In this document: positions 37,922 through 48,809 of the stretch, piece by piece
Position numbering within the stretch: the first letter of the stretch is position 1
Layout of the letters: the number at the start of each line of letters is the position of its first letter
NCBI GenBank assembly: GCA_013239625.1
Contig: MU054338.1
Span: 2,978,977 to 3,042,976 of the forward strand
Origin: Lama guanicoe
Lineage: Eukaryota
Length of the DNA: 64,000 nucleotides
Direction: 5' to 3'
The notes under the pieces: generated by a model
Database searches by the model: none
What the model was told of the DNA's origin: nothing
Seen by the model: the letters and a program-made list of their open reading frames with translations, nothing else
Position numbers and translations under genes: made by a program

Positions 37922-38255
37922 TGCGGTGGTTTCAAAATAGGCCCACAAATTCTATGACACTCTTCCCTTCAAAAAGTGAGGCCTAGTTCCCCTCCTCTTG
38001 CGTGTAGGCTGGACTGAGTGACTCACTTCTGAAAAATAGAATATGGCAGAAGTGACAGCATGGGACTTCTGGGATGTGGCCGTTTGAGGCATGTGGCTTC
38101 CTCTTTGCTCTCTCTCTGTGTCTCTCTGATTGTCCATCCTGGAGAAAGCCAGGTGCCATGTTGGAAGGACACTCAAGCAGCCCATGGAGAGGCTCACACG
38201 GTAGAGAGCTGAGACCTGCCAACAGCCGTGCGTGGGAGCCAGCTTGGAAGCATAG
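37922..38255 (+). mobile_element. MaLR LTR (MLT1F-like), 5' part
   Basis: ggcccacaaattctatgacactcttcccttcaa...gctggactgagtgactcacttc...aatagaatatggcagaagtgac...gagacctgccaacagcc. Confidence 0.78.
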
Positions 38256-38648
38256 CACAGATGTGGGTACATGCACACCAGCCTTGTGACACACCCTCAT
38301 GTGTATCCAGAGGCCACTTCCAGCCTCACATACACCCCACATCAGAGATGCATCAGATATTTAACAACCAAAGTGGCCCCGGCATCAACTACCCAGACTG
38401 AGGGCTGTGGGGAGGTCTGGAGTTCCCAGCCGGCCAGCTGGTATTGAAAGCTGAGGGTGTGCCACGGACGGGAGTGGGGACAGAAAAGCAGCCTCTCCCT
38501 GAACACCAAGAGAGACTGTTTCTATCCCTCTCCGGTGCCCCTCCTCCTGCCTTCCTCACACAGGCCACTGTCGCTCTGCCCCCTGTGGAAGCCTGGCCTG
38601 CCACATCATCCCTCCTTCCACTGGGCCGTGGCGCACACCATGGTTCCA

Positions 38649-38914
38649 CCTGCATACATCCTATGAAGAGTTAGGAAGGCGATATCCTTGGCTGGATCCA
38701 AAGGTTCCTGAAGCTAGAAAGTCCAGGGCCTTCAGGCTCAGTTTGATCAAGGGCCTTAGAACAGTCTCCTATGACTCAGCCCGGCTGTCCTCCATTAACT
38801 TTTGTGTCGAGCAGCCCCACCGCTCAGACTGACCCTCAGCAGATCCCAGCCGATGTTTTCCCAGCTTAGAGACTTTCCTGTAAGGATCAATCCTGTCCCG
38901 GGGCTGGCTCCCCT
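38649..38914 (+). repeat. Local direct duplication, copy 2
   Basis: Starts cctgcatacatcctatgaag and ends cctgtcccggggctggctcccct, as copy 1 does. Confidence 0.95.
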
Positions 38915-39044
38915 CACTGAAGCCCACACATCTGAGTCTCAGCGTCAACGTCGCTCGCCTTCCCTGAACATCTACCTCCCCAACCACCAGTGCGTCGGTG
39001 CTCCCTGCTAAAAGCACTCACAACCCTCTGCTTTTTGCCTTTCT

Positions 39045-39290
39045 TTTTCTCTTTTGGCATAATGTTAAACCCACCGAAAAGTTGCAGTTTCTACACGTCA
39101 CCCAGCTCCCCCTAGCGTTAAAACCTTGTAACCGCAGCGCATCTGCCCAAATGAACAAAGCAGCGTGGGCACGTAACGATGAACCGACACTCTACACTTC
39201 ACCGAGATGTCTCCCATTTTCCCGCGAACGTCCTTTTTTCTTTTCCGCGGCTCATCCAGGATCCCGCACGGTCCTGAGTGTCGCCTGCGT
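39045..39290 (-). mobile_element. Old L1 (L1MC/MD-like) 3' fragment, unusually CpG-rich
   Basis: ataatgttaaacccaccgaaaagttgca...tcacccagctcccc...tccaggatccc resembles antisense L1MC/MD 3' ends. Confidence 0.5.
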
Positions 39291-39394
39291 TTTAATTGCA
39301 CGATTTAGAATTTCACGATTGCAACCTTAAAACGATTTGCATCATTTCTGAACTATGCCACTCTGGAAAGTCAGCTCCGTGAAGGTGGCGGATT

Positions 39395-39433
39395 AAACAA
39401 ACAAACAAACAAACAAACAAACAAACAAACAAC
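39395..39433 (+). repeat. (AAAC)n microsatellite, ~9 copies
   Basis: Direct reading of the sequence. Confidence 0.95.
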
Positions 39434-41089
39434 CGGAGGCTGACGGACAGACAGGAAGATACGCGGGCCTGAGCTGAAAACAGCTGGGTATGTGTGATTC
39501 AGGAGCTAGACTTGCTCCCTTGTGGAGCTGTCTCGCCAGCTGAGCAGAGGGGTATGAGGAGGGTTCTGAGGGTGGAGGAAACGGTAGGAGCACTGTGTGG
39601 CGGTGTGTCCTGGAGAAACTAGAAGGACACTGTCGGGAGTGAGGGTGATGGGAGTGGCACGTAGGGTGCGGAGGTGATGCGCGGGGCGCTCTGGGTCAAG
39701 GTCTGGCAGAGCTTGTTAGAGTGGCTGCAGGTTTTGGAGCAGGTGATGATCTGAGCAAGGGCGGGGACCTGGTAAGTTTCTTGGCCTCTCGCTGAGCCGA
39801 GCCATTCTGAGCCCTGGGGGAAGGAAGGCAGCTCCTCTGGATGTGGGGTTGACACAGCCCAGGAAGGAAGCAAGGACTCCGAGGGGATCCAGAAGAGATG
39901 CATCTACTTGGAGAGACTGGACGCTGTGGGATCTGAGATCCCTGGATCCTGGGGCCAGGAGTGGGTGGGGAAGTCACAGAGGAAAGGAACAGGCTCAGCA
40001 GGAAACTCTGCCCTTGACCTTCTCTTTGCCCTTATCTTGTCCTCAAGTCCAGCCCCAAACATCTGGATTCTGAATCTTGCCAATGCCTCCCACAACTGTC
40101 CCCACCCCAACTATCTCTGCCAGGAAAGACAGCTCAGCTCCTCCGCACTCTGGCTCTGCCTGTCATCTGCCCTTCTCAAGATCTCCAACTGCTTCTCCTC
40201 CACCCCCTGGGGTGCAACTGGGCCAGGGCATCGCAGGGTACCCCCTCTCCTTCCCCACAGCCCCTCTCCTCCCTGGCCTTTCAGCTCCACTCCTGCCCAC
40301 TGCTGTCCACCCCATACTGGCCACTAGAGAGATAGTCCAACATTCTAATCTCATCCAGGCGCTAACACCCTCTGAGGCTCCCCATTGTCCTCAGGATGAA
40401 TTCTAGATTTTTATACCCAGCTTTTGATGTCCTGAGGGTCCCTGTGGTCTGATCAGGATACACACTGCTCCACATCGGCCCCCAGAACTTCCCAACCTCT
40501 GCACCTTTGCTCACACCTGGAGTGCCTTTTTCTCACCTGTACTTCAGCCATTTCTAATGTCCTTATACATCCGTAGCCTGGGAGCTCCTGGGGGCAGGGA
40601 ATATACACTTTCCAAATAAGAATACCCATCCTCATACGAGGTTAAGCTGCTTTCTGCATCCTCTCAGTCAGTCTTTGCCACTGCCCTGCAAGGTGAGAAT
40701 AATGAGTCCAATTTACAGATGAGGAAACAGAGGCTCAGAGTGGACCTATGATTTGCCCAAGGTCAGCAAACTAAGAATAAAAGGGGCTCTCCTTCCTGCT
40801 TCTTTCCGTAGCTGACTCTTGCTCTTTCTTTAAGTCTCAGCTCAGCTGTCATCTCCCCCTGGAAGCCACTCTAGGCTCCCAGGTGAGGTCAGGTGCCTAG
40901 TCTGGGCTCCCACAACTGTCCCATCACAGCGCTGACACGGCTGCCTGGCATCTTACAGAGGTGACTGTGCATTTGTGCCAGACTTCCGCTGAGTAACAGC
41001 GGTGTGTCCTCGAAGTTCCACATCTTTGAATCTGGTGCTGTGACTGTACCCATTTTCCAGATAAAGCAACTGAAACTCCTAGACGTGAA

Positions 41090-42410
41090 GTTTCCTGCTA
41101 CCGGGAATGACGGCGGTGTTGGGGGCGGAGGGGGTGGGGCGCAGGGCTCACTACCCTCAGAAGCACCTGCAGATCCGGCCATCCCCTCCCCAACCACACG
41201 CACCCACGTACACACGCGCGCACACAGGCCTACAACGGGTGGTTTATCTCCGCAGACGCCCGCCTCTCACACGCAGGCGGCCGGCGGGCATCTGTGCGGC
41301 TCGCACTTGTAAATACATCCTCCCGCTGGGGCCGACTCGCTCCTCTGCTCCTTCGCTGCCACCAGGAGGGAGATGAGGGGAATGGGGCCAACGGAGGCAG
41401 AGGGCTGAAATTGTTTTTAGGACCTTCCAGCCCTACTTTCCTTCTGCCTCCCTGATAGTGGGGGAGAGGGGCTCGTCCGGGCCCTGGCCCCCGACTGCAG
41501 GCTGAGTCCGTGACCCCGGGATGAAGACAGCCCCCCACGCTCAGTGCCCTTGGGAAAGTTCCACGAGACCTCCTGGCCTGGCCCACGGTGGGGGCTTAAA
41601 AAAGTCCGCCTCCTCCTTCCGTCTCCCATCTGGGTCCGACCGCTCCCTTTCAAAGTGGCTTTAGGAAGGGTCTTGCGGGGACAGACGGATGGGCCGGGGA
41701 CGGATGGGCCGCGGCACGTGGGAGTTATGCCCTGGCATGGGAGCGGAGGTGCTTTGGCCACCGCTACTACCGGTCCCCAAAGCGCTGCGGCTGCGGGGAA
41801 TCCTCCAGACGGGGAAGAAGGGACTCCCGGCGGCTCCTGGAGCACAGGCTTGCCTACCTTCCATCTCCGCCGCCGCCACCACCACTGCGGTCCCATTGCG
41901 CAGGCGCGAGGAAGAGGCCCAGAGAAGGAGGTCACTCGCTCTGAGTCACACAGCCCGGCCAGGTGCGAGATCTGATCTCGGGGTGCAGGAGACGCTGGAT
42001 GGGTCTAGGGTCTGGGGTAACTTGGACTTGGGGACCCTGCCCCGCATTCATATCCCGCTTCCCGGGCGACTCACACCTGGGAAAGCAAGGGCGCCGCAGG
42101 CCCCGGCTGTGGGCAGAGCACGCCCCCTGCCGGGCACAGCCGGAATCGGCGCAGCCACGAACCCCGGGATCTTGGCCAGAGTCCTACTCCCAATAGAGAA
42201 CCCACCCACCCATCGGTTCCCTGGCTGAAACTGATCTCAGATAAAGCTCTCGACCCTGCGCTGAGCCCCAGTTTTGAGCTAAGCTCAAGACCCCGAGCCG
42301 CTGATCCCAAGTTGAGCGCCCACCTCGGCTGAGCCCTCAGCCCTGGAAAAAACCCCCTATCCCCCGATAAGCTCCAATTACAAGCTAAGCCTCCGAGCCC
42401 GGATAGAGCC
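41090..42410. promoter_or_regulatory. CpG island ~3 kb upstream of the TNFAIP8L1 promoter
   Basis: CpG-dense non-repeat sequence with a CTCF-like site on the - strand at ~42118-42135 (GCCCGGCAGGGGGCGTGC). Confidence 0.6.
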
Positions 42411-42524
42411 CTGGACTGTTCTTCACTAGACTCAGGAGCACCCCAGTTCCCTGCTCCCTATGGAGACCCCTCCCCCTCAGGATGTCCGACCACCTAGAGG
42501 AGCTGTATACATTACTCCCCACTC

Positions 42525-42745
42525 AAGACTGTCCCAGGTTCTAGTCCCACCCCTGCCACAACCTGGCTGGGTGGCGTGGGACAGGTCACTTGCTTCCTCT
42601 GAGTCTCAGTTTCATCATCTGTGAAATGGGACGCTTGTATCCCATCGCAGGGTTGCTGTGAGAATTTAGTGAGCTAATGTGTGCAAAGTGCTAACAGTGA
42701 CAGGCACATAATAGGTGCTCAGTAAATATTAAGTATGATATTGTT
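42525..42745 (+). mobile_element. MIR SINE, near full length
   Basis: caggttctagtccc...ctctgagtctcagtttcatcatctgtgaaatggg...gtgagaatttagtgagctaatgtgtgcaaagtgc. Confidence 0.85.
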
Positions 42746-42779
42746 ATTAATACCAGATGTGCTGCTAGGCACTTTTAAA

Positions 42780-43560
42780 AAACCCAGGTTTATCGAGGTA
42801 TAATTTATATACCATGCAATTCATCCACTTAAAGCATACAATTCAGTGGTTTGGTATGTTATGTTATTCATTTTCTAAAATTATGACAAATAATAAAATT
42901 TACCATTGTAACTATTTTTAGGTGTACAGTTCAGTAGCATTAAGAACATTCACAATGCTGTGTAACCATCACCACCATCCATCTTCAGAAATTTTCCATC
43001 ATCCCCAACACAAATTCTGTCCCCTTAAACACTAATTTCCCATTCCTGTCCCCCCAGCCCCTGGTCACGTCTATTCTACTTTCTGTCTATGGATTTGCCC
43101 ATTTGAGGTCCCTCATATAAGTAGAACCATACAATATTTGTCATCTTATGATCGGCCGCATAAACCTATATTTTCAAGGTTGTAGCATGAATAAGCACCA
43201 GAACATGAGCCCCTGGTCCCATGAATAAGAACTTCCTTTTTATGGCTGAATTATATTCCATTGTATGGATGGACCACATTTTGTTAACCCATTCAGCTGT
43301 TGATGGACATTTGGGTTGTTTCCACTTTTTGGCTATTGTGAATAACGCTGCTATCAACATCGTCGTACAAAAGCTGTTCCAAGTCCCTGCTTTCAGCTCC
43401 CTTGGGTATATCCTAGGAATGGAATTGCTGGATCATATGGTAATTCTACGTTTAGTTTTTCTGAGGAACCTCCAAGCTATTTTCCATGGCTGCTCTATTT
43501 TGCATTCCCACCAACAAAGTATGAAGATTCTAATTTCTTCACATTCTCATGGGCACTTTT
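42780..43560 (-). mobile_element. L1M 3' region, antisense
   Basis: ggtgtacagttcagtagcattaag...gatggacatttgggttgtttccactttttggctattgtgaataacgctgctat. The minus-strand peptide IAALFTIAKKWKQPKCPS is an L1 ORF2 tail. Confidence 0.88.
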
Positions 43561-43845
43561 TATTCCTTATTTGTGAACCTGTAGGCTTTATTATTCTCAT
43601 GTCACAGATGTAGAAAACTGAGGCTTAGAGAGATGAATGCATACAGCAGATAGTGACAAAGCTGGGTCTGAACCCACCTCGATCACACTCCACCCACGCC
43701 CAACCTGGATTCACTAAAACAAGCTGCTGTGGTTTGATGAGGTGCTAAAAACAGTCTCCTTTGCCTCTAGGACCTCCATTAGCCACCCTGATCCAAAGGA
43801 GTCTCCATAGTTTGGGGCTGGGGGGAGGAAGAGATGGATCTGTAA

Positions 43846-44048
43846 CAGTGAGTCTCAACTGAGGGTGATTCTGCACCCCTCCAGGGAACACTTGGCAATG
43901 ACTAGAGACATTTTTGGTTGTTGTGGCTTGGGGGCAGGGGTTACTACTGACATTGAGTGGGTAGAGGCCAGGGATGCTGGTCAACACCCTGCAGAGCATA
44001 GGAATTACCAAATTTCAATAACCAGTGTGGCAGATGAAAAACCCTGAA
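43846..44048. mobile_element. MER20-like hAT DNA transposon
   Basis: cagtgagtctcaactgaggg...ttggcaatgactagagacatttttggttg...gggtagaggccagggatgctg...aaaccctg. Confidence 0.8.
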
Positions 44049-44051
44049 CTA

Positions 44052-44118
44052 GGGGGAAGGAGGTAATAGTCCAGTGGTAGAGCGCATGCTTAGCATGCAC
44101 AAGGTCCTAGGTTCAATA
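44052..44118 (+). mobile_element. Truncated Vic-1-like SINE head
   Basis: cagtggtagagcgcatgcttagcatgcacaaggtcctaggttcaat. Confidence 0.8.
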
Positions 44119-44779
44119 TATTTTATTTATTTTTGCTTCATGAAGTCTGTGCCAAGGTTGTGTATCCTCTATGTACAGAACAGGACTCGACATACACTGG
44201 TTGTCCCGTCTGCTCTGCCCTGCCCTGGTCCTAGCTGCAACTGGGACCCAGGGTTGGGGCTGCAGGGAGGAAACGGAGCAGCAGGGGAGCTGGGAGTCTC
44301 TCCCGGGCCCAGTTCCCAGGACTCACAGCTGCATCCTCCTGGGGCCCCAGCTGGCCTCACCGCCTCCTTCTCCCCGACTGGCGGCCAGGAGGCTCCTGCA
44401 TGTCTCCCTAGCTCATTCTCACAGAAATCGAGGCTAGATCTGGGAGTCTCCCGGTGGGGTCTCCAGGGCCTGTCCATCCAGCAGCTGCCTCAAATCGCAC
44501 CGCGAGAATTTATCTGCAACCCAGAAACATTTATCTTCAACCTTGGGTCAGATTCAGCCGGTCTAGGGGTACAGGAGTCTGCATTTTTAAGGGGCTCCCA
44601 GGTGATTCTGAGGGGATTCTGATGTGAAGGGTTCCCCAGCGTCGTAATTTTAAGAGTCCCAGGGGGAGGAAGGGGCCTTCCCAGAACCACACGGTTGTCC
44701 TGTTTTTCTTTTTGGGTCTTTTTCTCTCCCCGGCCCCTCATCTCTGTTTTTGACTCAAAGTCTCCTTCCTCTTCTTTCT

Positions 44780-45260
44780 TGGACGGGGAATGGAGTTAGC
44801 CTCGCCCCCGGCATCCGGCCCTTTTCGTGATTCCGGAGGAATCCCCCGAGCCGCCTGGCCCCGCCCCAGGCCCCACCCTCCTGCACGGCGACATACTCCC
44901 ATTGGACTCTTCGTACACCGCCCGCACTGCCATTGGCTGAGCACACGTCCTCGCCCGCCCCTCCCTCGTCCGGCCCCTCTTTGGTCCTTCCCGCGCTGGT
45001 GGGGGCGGGGCGGGGCCGCACAAAGAGGCGGGGCACTGGGGGCGGGGTCGAGCTTCCTGCCCCGCCCCTCTAGATCCTCGTTCTTAGGCACGAGTCTCGC
45101 GGCCACAGCAACGGCCCCTCGGAGGTGGCCGGACAGAATCCCGACGGTCGGACCAACGACAGGGTCCCAGCGAGCAGGTGAGGGAGCAGTACCGGGGCGG
45201 CCCCCATCTCGGCGCATCTCTGGGGCCACCTGGTTTCTCCGTTTCTCTCGCCCCCTATGC
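44780..45260 (+). promoter_or_regulatory. TNFAIP8L1: CpG-island promoter of TNFAIP8L1
   Basis: CpG-dense. Two inverted CCAAT boxes (ATTGG at 44901 and 44932) and several GC boxes (GGGGCGGGG at ~45002-45015, ~45039, and CCCCGCCCC at ~45060). No TATA box. Confidence 0.82.
45065..45177 (+). other. TNFAIP8L1: Probable non-coding exon 1 of TNFAIP8L1 (5' end approximate); intron 45178-56630
   Basis: Donor CAG|GTGAGG at 45177/45178, just downstream of CCAAT and GC boxes in a CpG island. No ATG in the exon. Fits the known two-exon structure of the gene. Confidence 0.75.
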
Positions 45261-47129
45261 CCCGGCACACACCCTGCTTCGCATCTGTCTGTATTCCTGC
45301 CTCAGTTTCCCTCTCCCTCCCTGTTCCTCCCTTTCCTTCTCTCTGTCACGCTTTTGCTGTGTGGGTTACGGGGAGGCAGACTGGATCTGAACCGTCCCCG
45401 CTGGTATGGGGTGGTGCTCTGGGACCAGCGCCCTCCTCCCCGCAACACGAGGGCTCTGATGGACTCTGTCTCTTTCACAGTGCAGGGCGCCAGGTGCTAG
45501 TGCCAGATTCCAGAGCCAGGAGGGAATTCCAGGTGGTGGGTAGCCAGGCCAAAGGGCGTGGAGGTGGGAATGAGTGACTTCTGGCTGCTCCAGGCAGCCA
45601 AGAGAGCCAGGCCCAGGCCCACCTAGAATGGCCACCTGGGAGCTCCCCACTGGCCTGAAGCCTTGGCCTCAGTTTTGCCAGCTGTGAACTGGGCCCTTCA
45701 CCGCTGAGGTAATTGGCCTGACCCAGATATGCATGCATTGCCACCTCCTCTATCCTGGGGGGCTCTCCTAGAGGAGGGGCAGCCCCAGCTGTAAACAGGC
45801 CTCTGAGGTCACTTCCTGAGCAGGTCTGAGCCCAGCTGGGGGAGGTGAACGCCCTGGGGGGATGGCAGCAGGACGAGGGCAGTTCAGCCTAGCGGTTGGG
45901 GAGCTCAGCCCTTGGAATCAGTACCTTAAACAAGTGATCTGAGTCTCCCAGCCTCAGTTTCCTGTCTGAGGGACCTCACTCACTGGGAATGAGGTCAGCT
46001 TCCGGGATTAATTGCTAGAATGTGGGCCCTCACCTCCTCCAACTCTCCCCCTCACTCACTCAGCGCCAGCCACACCAGCCTCCATCCACATTCCACCAGT
46101 ATGCCAGGCATGGTCCTGCCTCAAGGCTTTGCATGGCTGTTCCCTCTACTGCCATGCCAGATGCACAGGTGCCAACTTTAAAACATAACAAGTTGCCTAG
46201 ATGGGCCGTGCCAAGGGACTGCCAGGCTAGGGCTGGGCGGCTGCCTGGCTGGGAGGGGCAGAAGAGCAGCCGGCCCAGGGACGCTGTACCTATGGAAACC
46301 AGAACAAAGAGTTGTCACCCCAGCCACACAAACACCTGGGCTTAGCTCCTCCCACTTGGCAGTCTCAGTGACCTGGGACGCCAGTGGTGAGTGAGTGCCC
46401 AGACTGCTGATGGGGTAGATCAGGGGCTTGAACCCCACTCTGATGGGGGGCAGGGGCCCCCTAAGTGAAGAGACCAGTCAGGCAGGTGCAGATTGGAGGC
46501 CCCGTAGATTCCTCTCTGGCTGTGTGGCCTTGGGCCGGTCACGTGCTCTCAGCCTTATCCGAGGCTTGGGAAGGTGAGGGGCATTTTGGTGGCTTGGTGG
46601 TCTGATAAGGTGGGTTTAGGAGGCCTCCATGTCCCTATCTGTCAAATGGGGCCACAAGATGGTGCCTAGGACAAAAATCCAGCTGTTGTCATGAAGACAG
46701 CCTCTCCCAGAGGCAGATGCTGAATAAAGCCATGCTTGTGCTGGTTCAGCCCCAGGTGTCACAGACTGAGAGGAGGCTACCTTGAGACAGGCAGGACCTG
46801 GCTCAGTTACAGAGAACTTGAGCTTTTAACCCAGAATCCCCCTCTTCCATGAGATAACCTCCTCTGGAATCCCACCATCTGAGCTTTCACGCAGACACCT
46901 CTGACCGAGTCCTTCGGAGCTTCTAAGGCCCCATCCCCCAGGCCTCAGTTTTCCCTTCTGTCCAGTGAGGCGGTGGAGGTTGGGGAACATCTACCTGGGG
47001 GAGCCCCCTCCAGAGGGGTTCATGCTGTGCTGCTATGTGACCTTGGAGTATCTCTCTGGGTCTCAGTTCCCCTGGCTGGACAATGGAACCCTTGGACGAG
47101 ATCTCTATGTGCCCCTCTGGTACTGGAAG

Positions 47130-47770
47130 GTCATCAATTCATTCAACAAACAGGTTCTGAGCACCTACTGTGAGCCAAGTGTCGTGCAGGGCACCAAGGA
47201 CCCAGAAATGACCACGACTGATCTGGTGCCCTCCCTCACTCAGCTAACAGACTGGGATTGGGAGAGATGGTCATTCATCCAAAAAGTCATTATGCTGAGT
47301 AGTAACTGCATGAAGAAATGGAGAGGCAGATGGATGGGGAAGTTAGTTTAGATGGGGGTTCTGGGAGAGGGCCTCCTGAGGAGGTGACATTTGAGCTGGA
47401 GCCTCAATGATAAGAATGAAACAGGCATGCGAAGACAGGGGAAGAGCAATCCCAGCAAGGGCACAGTTCATGCAAAGATCCTGGGGCAGCACCATGCCTG
47501 GTGTGTTAGAACAGCCAGGAGGCCAGTGTGGCTGGAGCAGAGTGAGCAAGGGGAAGAGAGGGAGAAGGCGAGGGCAGAGAAGGGACAGAACAGATTGTGC
47601 CGGGCCTTGTGGGCCACCTGGAAGACTTGGGCTTTTACCGGGAGGGAGGAGAGGTCCCTGGAGGGCTGTGGGCAGAGGGGCAGGACCTGACTCAGGTGCT
47701 CACAGGTACCCTCTGGTGGCTGCTCCAGAGAGACCAGACTGTGGGGGTGAGGGCAGGAGCCAGGGTACCA
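47130..47770 (-). mobile_element. L2-derived repeat, copy E, including the L2 3' end
   Basis: attcattcaacaaac...gagcacctactgtg; gaggaggtgacatttgagctg; ggacctgactcaggtgctcacaggtaccctctggtggctgct. Confidence 0.82.
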
Positions 47771-48600
47771 GAAAGAACACCGTTTAGAGGTGAGAAGTGT
47801 GTGGAGCCCAGACTCATTTAGGGGCTGCATCCACATTCCTGCAAGGTGACCCTCCATCCTCCTCCGCTTGCTGTTAAAAACCTTTTGCTCAGCCTGAGCC
47901 CTAGCTGTCCTGTCCTTCTCTGCAGTGGGGTGGGCCGTGTTCTCCAAATGTTCATTTTTGCCCACCCTGCCCCCAACTTTGTCTTCAGTGGAGATCAGAC
48001 CACAGATGATAATGTCCCAGCTCCCACTGCAGCCTGGCAGGCAGCCAGACCCTGCACGTCCTTGGGGTGGCTTCCACAGGCTCTGGGGACAGGTTGAGAT
48101 CTGCTGGTGTCTTCCTCTCCCTTCAGACAAGCAGATGCCCGCCCCTTGGTCATATCAGAATGGGCACTGACTGTGAGATCTGAGTGATGGTTGATAAGGG
48201 GCTCGAAGCAGTGGGTGCCCTGACATTGGCGGAGGGTACAAGGGCTGTGGGGCATTTGTTATGGTGGGCAGAGCCCTGGGGCCCATGAGGCCATCCTGGG
48301 CTGCTGCCGCCGGGGCCGAGAGCAGAGAGGTGGGGCGGCTGGCTTGGCCCTGCTGAACGGGCCCATCAATTATTGACACCCTTTGTTGGGGCATGAAGAA
48401 TTCATGTGGAGGTCGGGCTGCTCCATGGACCAGTGGCATGCCGGAGCCTGTCGCTCGACCCAGCTCACAAGAACCATTTGCTGTACTGGCAGGAATTTTG
48501 CAATCCAGCTGTTGACATCACCACTATTAAAAATGACAGACCTAAATCAATTACACTTCAGTTTTAAAAAATGACAGGCCATCAATAAAACCGGGAAAAA

Positions 48601-48690
48601 GAGGGAGGGTATAGCTCAGTGGTAGGGTGCATGCTTAGCATGCACGAGGTCCTGGGTTCAATCCCCAGTACCTCCATTAAAGAAAAAAAA
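48601..48690 (+). mobile_element. Vic-1-like SINE, short form (tRNA-Ala(AGC)-like head plus A tail)
   Basis: gggagggtatagctcagtggtagggtgcatgcttagcatgcacgaggtcctgggttcaatccccagtacctcca followed by an A-rich tail. Imperfect TSD aaaaccgggaaa / aaaacctagaaa. Confidence 0.88.
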
Positions 48691-48809
48691 CCTAGAAACT
48701 AATAGTATAATACAAATACATGTCAAAATTGGTTAAAAAAATACAGTAAAGAAAGATTATGAACTTATAGTCCAATATATTATATTTGAAACAGAGGTAG
48801 GGAATACTA

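Noticed and set aside
37285..38914. LTR pair of a small provirus
   Set aside because: No TG...CA termini, TSD, primer-binding site or polypurine tract seen, and the interior is unrelated repeat debris.
43166..43613. ORFs resembling 'hypothetical proteins'
   Set aside because: They are degenerate L1 ORF2 C-terminus and its antisense; the same applies to 24578-25010.
48605..48676. Genuine tRNA-Ala gene
   Set aside because: It has an A-rich tail and TSD-like flanks rather than an oligo-T terminator, shows stem mismatches, and has five sibling SINE copies in the window.
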